Source: Candidatus Micrarchaeota archaeon
GTDB lineage: Archaea; Micrarchaeota; Micrarchaeia; Norongarragalinales; Norongarragalinaceae
NCBI GenBank assembly: GCA_037444485.1
Contig: JBBIMI010000010.1
Coordinates: 1-30,773, forward strand
Length of the DNA stretch: 30,773 nucleotides
Reading direction: 5' to 3'
Position 1 is the stretch's first letter; every line of letters begins with the position of its first letter. The position numbers and the translations under genes are program-made. The notes below the pieces were generated by a model. That model saw nothing but the letters and a program-made list of their open reading frames with translations. It was not told the DNA's origin and did not search any database. This document shows, one piece after another, positions 26,497 through 30,773 of this stretch.

Positions 26497-26886
26497 TTGC
26501 TTAAGGAAATAACAATAGTGGAGAAAGACCGAGTCGGACTGCTTGCAGACGTCAGTGAAACAGTTGCGAAAGCAGGAGTGAACATTGAAAGCATTCACGC
26601 AGAGTCAAGCGGACAACAAGCAATCATTCGCTTGCTCGTAAACGCGCCTGAAAAGGCTAAGAAAGCCTTAAATAAAGCAGGCTTCAACGTGCTTGACTCC
26701 AGCATCATCACCATCCGCTTGCCGGACAGACCAGGCGAATTAGCGCGAATCAGTAGGCTGTTGGCTGACGCGAAAATAAATATTCGAAACATTTACCTTG
26801 TCTCAAAAAGCGGGGGCGAGGCGATAGACGCGCTGCAAACCGACGACAACAAGAAAGCCAAAAAAATACTCAGAGAATACTTGTAA
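26497..26886 (+). CDS. Tandem ACT-domain protein
   Basis: DRVGLLADVS...GVNIESI and DRPGELARIS...INIRNI. TTG after GGGTGAG. Confidence 0.9.
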   Translation: MLKEITIVEKDRVGLLADVSETVAKAGVNIESIHAESSGQQAIIRLLVNAPEKAKKALNKAGFNVLDSSIITIRLPDRPGELARISRLLADAKINIRNIYLVSKSGGEAIDALQTDDNKKAKKILREYL

Positions 26887-26900
26887 TTAAAGAAACGCGG

Positions 26901-27782
26901 TTAAGAGAACAACAAAAACACGATTAAGTCGCCGAAGGCGAGAAAAAACACTAACCCGAACAACGTGAAAGGCGCAAAGCGCGGAAGCTCCTTGCACACC
27001 GGCCACACGCGCCTACCAGTTTTTTTCTCTACAACGCGCAGTTTACTAACCTCGCTCTTCGTTAAAACCCGGTTGATTTTGAAGCGCTTTACTAGCGATT
27101 GCGGCAATCCCTCCAAATAAAGAACGTCTTCATCTTCAACATCACGCAAACGAATCTTTTTAACTATAACGCGTTCCATTACTTCCTTCTTAAACAAAGC
27201 GTAGAAAAACGTTGACAATGCCAGCAAAACGAAAAACGTTTTCTGTGCGAGCGACAACGGCGTAAACGCGAGCGCGGCAACCGCAAACACGCAAACGCTT
27301 GCGAACGCAAACACTTTTCTTCTCCGAAAACCGCTTGCCTGCACCAAACGAAACGCGTACCACGCGCTTGACGCGATTACTGCAGCAAGCGAAGCAGCGG
27401 CGAGAATGGAAACAACTGGCGGGTAAAGCGGTTGCGTGAAAACAAGAGCCTGCGCTTGTAGAGTGCTTGCGGAGCTTGCAGTCAACGCTCGCGTCTCCTG
27501 CGGGAGCAGCAAGTGAATTCCGAGAATCAACAACACGTCGCCGCCGCCGAACTGTCCCGTGCGGTAAGCGAGATAACCGAAAACTCCGATTGCAAGCGCG
27601 AATAATGCGGTAGAAAGCCAGAATTCTTGTGGGAGAAACAACGCATCAAAAACGATTCCTATAGTAATCATGGAAAGCGTGATTTTGTCGTCTATGAAAC
27701 TCGTGCGCGCGTCCTCCCAAGCCGCGAGGCCTACACCAACTAGCGCGGCCGCCGCCCTCAAGACCCCGATTTCAAAAAACAT
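26901..27782 (-). CDS. Prepilin/preflagellin peptidase (A24, PibD/FlaK-like)
   Basis: AAWED first Asp, FGGGD catalytic motif, C-terminal VWPV...LPRFAPF; multi-TM. ATG after AGGTGG. Confidence 0.85.
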   Translation of the reverse strand: MFFEIGVLRAAAALVGVGLAAWEDARTSFIDDKITLSMITIGIVFDALFLPQEFWLSTALFALAIGVFGYLAYRTGQFGGGDVLLILGIHLLLPQETRALTASSASTLQAQALVFTQPLYPPVVSILAAASLAAVIASSAWYAFRLVQASGFRRRKVFAFASVCVFAVAALAFTPLSLAQKTFFVLLALSTFFYALFKKEVMERVIVKKIRLRDVEDEDVLYLEGLPQSLVKRFKINRVLTKSEVSKLRVVEKKTGRRVWPVCKELPRFAPFTLFGLVFFLAFGDLIVFLLFS

Positions 27783-28105
27783 TTTATTCCACCTTAAACT
27801 GTTTCAATCCCTCATTCTTTCTTTACCTTTAACCATTAAACGTTTTCTGAAAACTTTGAAAGAAATAATAATGCCGCACATAAAATACGCATTTGCTAAA
27901 AAAATACGCATAAAATATGCGTACTGCACACCACGAAAATTACCACAAAAAATTAACCACAAAAAATCCAAAAAACAATAAAATAAACTCTACGTTACCA
28001 CGAAAAAACAATACAAAAAACAACAATAATCTGAATAATTTGAATTATCACGAAAAAAATAATCTAAAAAAAATGATGTAAAAAAATTAATCTAAATGCT
28101 TTGGT

Positions 28106-28146
28106 TTGCGTGTATTACGCGTTGCGTGTATTACGCGTATTGCGCG
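28106..28146. repeat. 16-nt tandem duplication plus partial copy
   Basis: ttgcgtgtattacgcg twice, then tattgcgcg. Confidence 0.9.
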
Positions 28147-28178
28147 TAAAGCCGAAAACCTTGAAAGTCAAGACGATT

Positions 28179-30479
28179 TCAAGATTCTAAAGCGTTGTAA
28201 ACCATTACTGCGGCTTGGTCGCGTTTCACCGCGTCTTCAGGCCCGAAGTGAGTAGCGTTGTAACCAGAAGCGATTCCGTGCGCGACAGCTGTTTCAACGT
28301 ACCGGTACGCCCAATGCGTTTTCGGAACGTCAACGAAAGTTGGGGCGTCCGGATTAACTAAAGGCAGACCCAAGCCGCGCACGAGCATCGCAACGAATTG
28401 CGCTCTCGTCGCCGCATTCTCTGGACAATATTGATTCGGCGCGCAACCGCCGGAAAAGCCGTTATTGTAAACAGTTTCTATCTGCGCGTAAGCCCAATGC
28501 GTTGAAGGAACGTCTATAAAGTGGGGTCCTCCACTAGTGTTTAATTGCAGTCCCAACGCATTCACTATAACGACGGCTGCGGAAGACCGTTGTAAACTCG
28601 CGTTTGGCGAGAAAGAATCGCTGGAAGTCCCGCCCATGATGCCGCGCGTCGCGAGAAACTGTATTTGCTTCCAAGCCCAATGCGTTTTCGGAACGTCCGC
28701 GAAATAATAAAGCATTAAGCCGTTGTCTAAAAGCTTTTTTTGCACTTCCCGCGCGTCAACATTTTTCGGCGAAACGCCTTGCAACACTGCGGTTGCTGCA
28801 AGCGCGCCTGCAGCTTGGCCTGCAATCAAATCAATACTGTTAATGCGCAGTCCACCGTTAGCGATATGCGTTACTGAAAGCCCGCGCACGCTGCCAGCCA
28901 CAAGATTGTCGACGTTAACGCTGACGAAAACCTCTAGAGGCAAGTGAAGCCAAAAGTCAGTCCAACGCGCTAGGCCTCCAACTCCATTGCAAGGATGAAC
29001 GTCGATTCCGACATAGAAAACCAACGCCAACGCATTCACATCTTTTTTTGAAGTCAAAACATCGTTTTCTTTAATCGTCTTCAAGCCCACTAAACGCCGT
29101 GACTCGCGCACGTAAGGCACGAAAGAAAACGAGTCAAGCGAAGAATACTCGTTAAACAATCCGAGCGTGTTCTTTCCTAAAACAGTTTGAACAAAGTAAA
29201 GAAAACCAAGAGAATTTTGTTTTCCTTTTTCAATCCAATAACCCCTCTGCGCGGTCGAACCCTCAATTAACTCGTTTGACGGCGCGCAGTAATCAACCCC
29301 GTAATTCACGTAATACTTTTGGTTTACTGGTAGTTTCGTGTAAGAAGAAAAACTATTCCAAGTCATTGCATTCGGACACAAATCATTTTGAATCAAACAA
29401 ACATAATTGTCTTCCAAATAATTTTGAGGTTGAGGAATCATTGAGTTAACCCCGTAATCCCTCCAAATCATTATTGAAGCGAAAGGTTGAATAACGTCGT
29501 CTGCAACAACAGGCGCGTCCTCCTCGCCAGTCTCACTCTTAGCTTCGCGCCCCAACCTGTAAAGCGCGCCGCTTGCCTTTAACGCGTCGCCGAAAGCGTC
29601 AGCTCCAACAAGCACTTTCAAAACAAGGCGCTTCAATTCGCCGCTTGAACTCTTTACAATAATGCTTGACACTTTACCCCCACTTTTTTCGATGTAGTAA
29701 AGCGAGTGTTGCTTGAATAAAGACAGTTTAGGTTCAGCTGCAACCATTTCCTCGAAAACGCTTTCAGCAACAGACGGCTCGAAACACTCTAAACCCCAGT
29801 AACAAGAAGACAAGTTTATTCCAGGATAACGCGCCTTGACTTTATCGTAAAACTCTTTCAACAAACCGCTTCGAGCGCTCGCAAAACCCTTTTTTTCGAA
29901 GGAAGGCTCGAACGCCGGGCTTGCGAGAAACAAGTCGCCAAGCAACGGAGATTCTTCAACCAAGCAAGTATTCACTCCAAGGCGCGCTGATTGAATCGCT
30001 GCAGCCACCCCGCCTGGACTAGCTCCGTAAACAGTGACGTCACAATAATAATTGACTGTCGGCGTTGGAGTCGCTGCCGGAGACGGGCTCGGCGTGGAAC
30101 TCGGGAAAGGAGTTGGAGGCGCAGAAGGGCTGGCAGTCGGCGAAAACGAAGGTGAGACGATTGGAGTCGTGAAAAGCGTTGGAGAAACTGGAGAAACGCT
30201 GGGCGTAAAGGAAGGCGCTGGTGTTGCGGAAAGCGTTGGATGCGTTGAAAGCATCGGCGAAGCACTCGAAGTGAAAGGCGAAGACGTTGCTGTTGAAACG
30301 GTGGCGGAAGGCGAGGGTGTTGAAACAACGCGTGGAGTTGGTTTGATTGCTTGCTTTAAAATTACGGGTTTTTGAAGCGGAAACTCAAATTTTACAGCGA
30401 GAGCGAAGAAAACCAAAACGAAGAACAAGAGCAGTAAACCAATTTTTTTTCTATCAGCGAAAAACGCTTGCAAACCCAT
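28179..30479 (-). CDS. Membrane-anchored FAD-dependent oxidoreductase (FAD_oxidored-like) with S/T/P stalk and three C-terminal SLH motifs
   Basis: N-terminal TM; DVTVYGASPGGVAAAIQSARLG Rossmann motif; GRE, PYVRESRRLVG, SVTHIA, GQAAG; FADVPKTHWA, FIDVPSTHWA, FVDVPKTHWA SLH motifs. Confidence 0.9.
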   Translation of the reverse strand: MGLQAFFADRKKIGLLLLFFVLVFFALAVKFEFPLQKPVILKQAIKPTPRVVSTPSPSATVSTATSSPFTSSASPMLSTHPTLSATPAPSFTPSVSPVSPTLFTTPIVSPSFSPTASPSAPPTPFPSSTPSPSPAATPTPTVNYYCDVTVYGASPGGVAAAIQSARLGVNTCLVEESPLLGDLFLASPAFEPSFEKKGFASARSGLLKEFYDKVKARYPGINLSSCYWGLECFEPSVAESVFEEMVAAEPKLSLFKQHSLYYIEKSGGKVSSIIVKSSSGELKRLVLKVLVGADAFGDALKASGALYRLGREAKSETGEEDAPVVADDVIQPFASIMIWRDYGVNSMIPQPQNYLEDNYVCLIQNDLCPNAMTWNSFSSYTKLPVNQKYYVNYGVDYCAPSNELIEGSTAQRGYWIEKGKQNSLGFLYFVQTVLGKNTLGLFNEYSSLDSFSFVPYVRESRRLVGLKTIKENDVLTSKKDVNALALVFYVGIDVHPCNGVGGLARWTDFWLHLPLEVFVSVNVDNLVAGSVRGLSVTHIANGGLRINSIDLIAGQAAGALAATAVLQGVSPKNVDAREVQKKLLDNGLMLYYFADVPKTHWAWKQIQFLATRGIMGGTSSDSFSPNASLQRSSAAVVIVNALGLQLNTSGGPHFIDVPSTHWAYAQIETVYNNGFSGGCAPNQYCPENAATRAQFVAMLVRGLGLPLVNPDAPTFVDVPKTHWAYRYVETAVAHGIASGYNATHFGPEDAVKRDQAAVMVYNALES

Positions 30480-30491
30480 TTGGTGACCACT

Positions 30492-30662
30492 TTACTTCCC
30501 GATTTTCATGAATCCGGGCGCGAGTTTCCCCAATTGTTTAAGCAACCCCCTATTCTTACGCAAGTCCTTCATCATCTTGTTGACTTTCTCGAAATTGTTT
30601 ACGAGCTCGCACACTTCTTCAACTTTGAGTCCCGCTCCCCGCGCGGCGGCGATTCGCGCGCG
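30492..30662 (-). pseudogene. srp54: C-terminal remnant of SRP54 (M-domain end)
   Basis: Translates RARIAAARGAGLKVEEVCELVNNFEKVNKMMKDLRKNRGLLKQLGKLAPGFMKIGK*, matching the RIARGSG..EV.EL..F..M.KMMK pattern. In-frame stop at 30726-30728 and no start codon between that stop and the homologous segment. Confidence 0.75.
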
Positions 30663-30671
30663 GAGATAATG

Positions 30672-30732
30672 ACGCCGCCAGCAAACGCTGGCAGCATACC
30701 GAAATCTTACGCCTTTAGGCGTAGGTTATTAA
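30672..30732. mobile_element. Possible IS200/IS605-family end remnant (two hairpins)
   Basis: cttacgcc-ttta-ggcgtagg (30706-30725) followed by ttattaa, plus an 11-bp stem at 30672-30697. Resembles the TAAA-loop subterminal hairpins of this family. No transposase in the window. Confidence 0.45.
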
Positions 30733-30773
30733 AAATTATTGTGTTCGCGTTTTTGCGTTTGCGGTTTCCCTGC

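Noticed and set aside
27670..27981. 103-aa plus-strand ORF
   Set aside because: Overlaps the peptidase gene antisense and runs into low-complexity A-rich DNA.
1..30773. tRNA, rRNA or SRP RNA genes
   Set aside because: No cloverleaf with a T-loop and no rRNA or SRP signature found in the intergenic spaces by eye. A covariance-model scan would be needed to exclude them fully.

Overview
Chromosomal window of a small-genome archaeon. The archaeal signal is direct: archaeal DnaG, Hjc, Pth2, RPA, group II GGGP synthase, ADP-dependent sugar kinase and BRE/TATA promoters. A DPANN, probably Micrarchaeota-like, assignment is an inference from gene content and surface-protein style. About 24 protein genes are present, mostly housekeeping (pyk, cysS, dnaG, hjc, pth2, hsp20, nrdR-nrdJ, asnS, rpa, GGGPS, rtcA, prepilin peptidase), interleaved with four large membrane-anchored surface proteins. 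I found no rRNA, tRNA or CRISPR array. The main observations are: (1) a bacterial-type NrdR with two candidate NrdR boxes 32 bp apart directly downstream of an archaeal BRE-TATA, heading nrdR-nrdJ and a surface alpha/alpha-barrel protein; (2) a modular surface-protein set with two paralogous triple-SLH cassettes, one apparently inserted inside an Ig-like domain, a shared Cys-rich 'CGNGQ' domain and a near-identical 29-nt linker in genes 20.7 kb apart; (3) many short tandem duplications copying RBS, start and stop regions; (4) U-rich leaders and A-rich trailers; (5) a GGGP synthase with an altered G1P-binding motif; (6) an orphan SRP54 C-terminal remnant next to an IS200/IS605-like end hairpin. 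All family calls come from reading motifs by eye; no searches were run.
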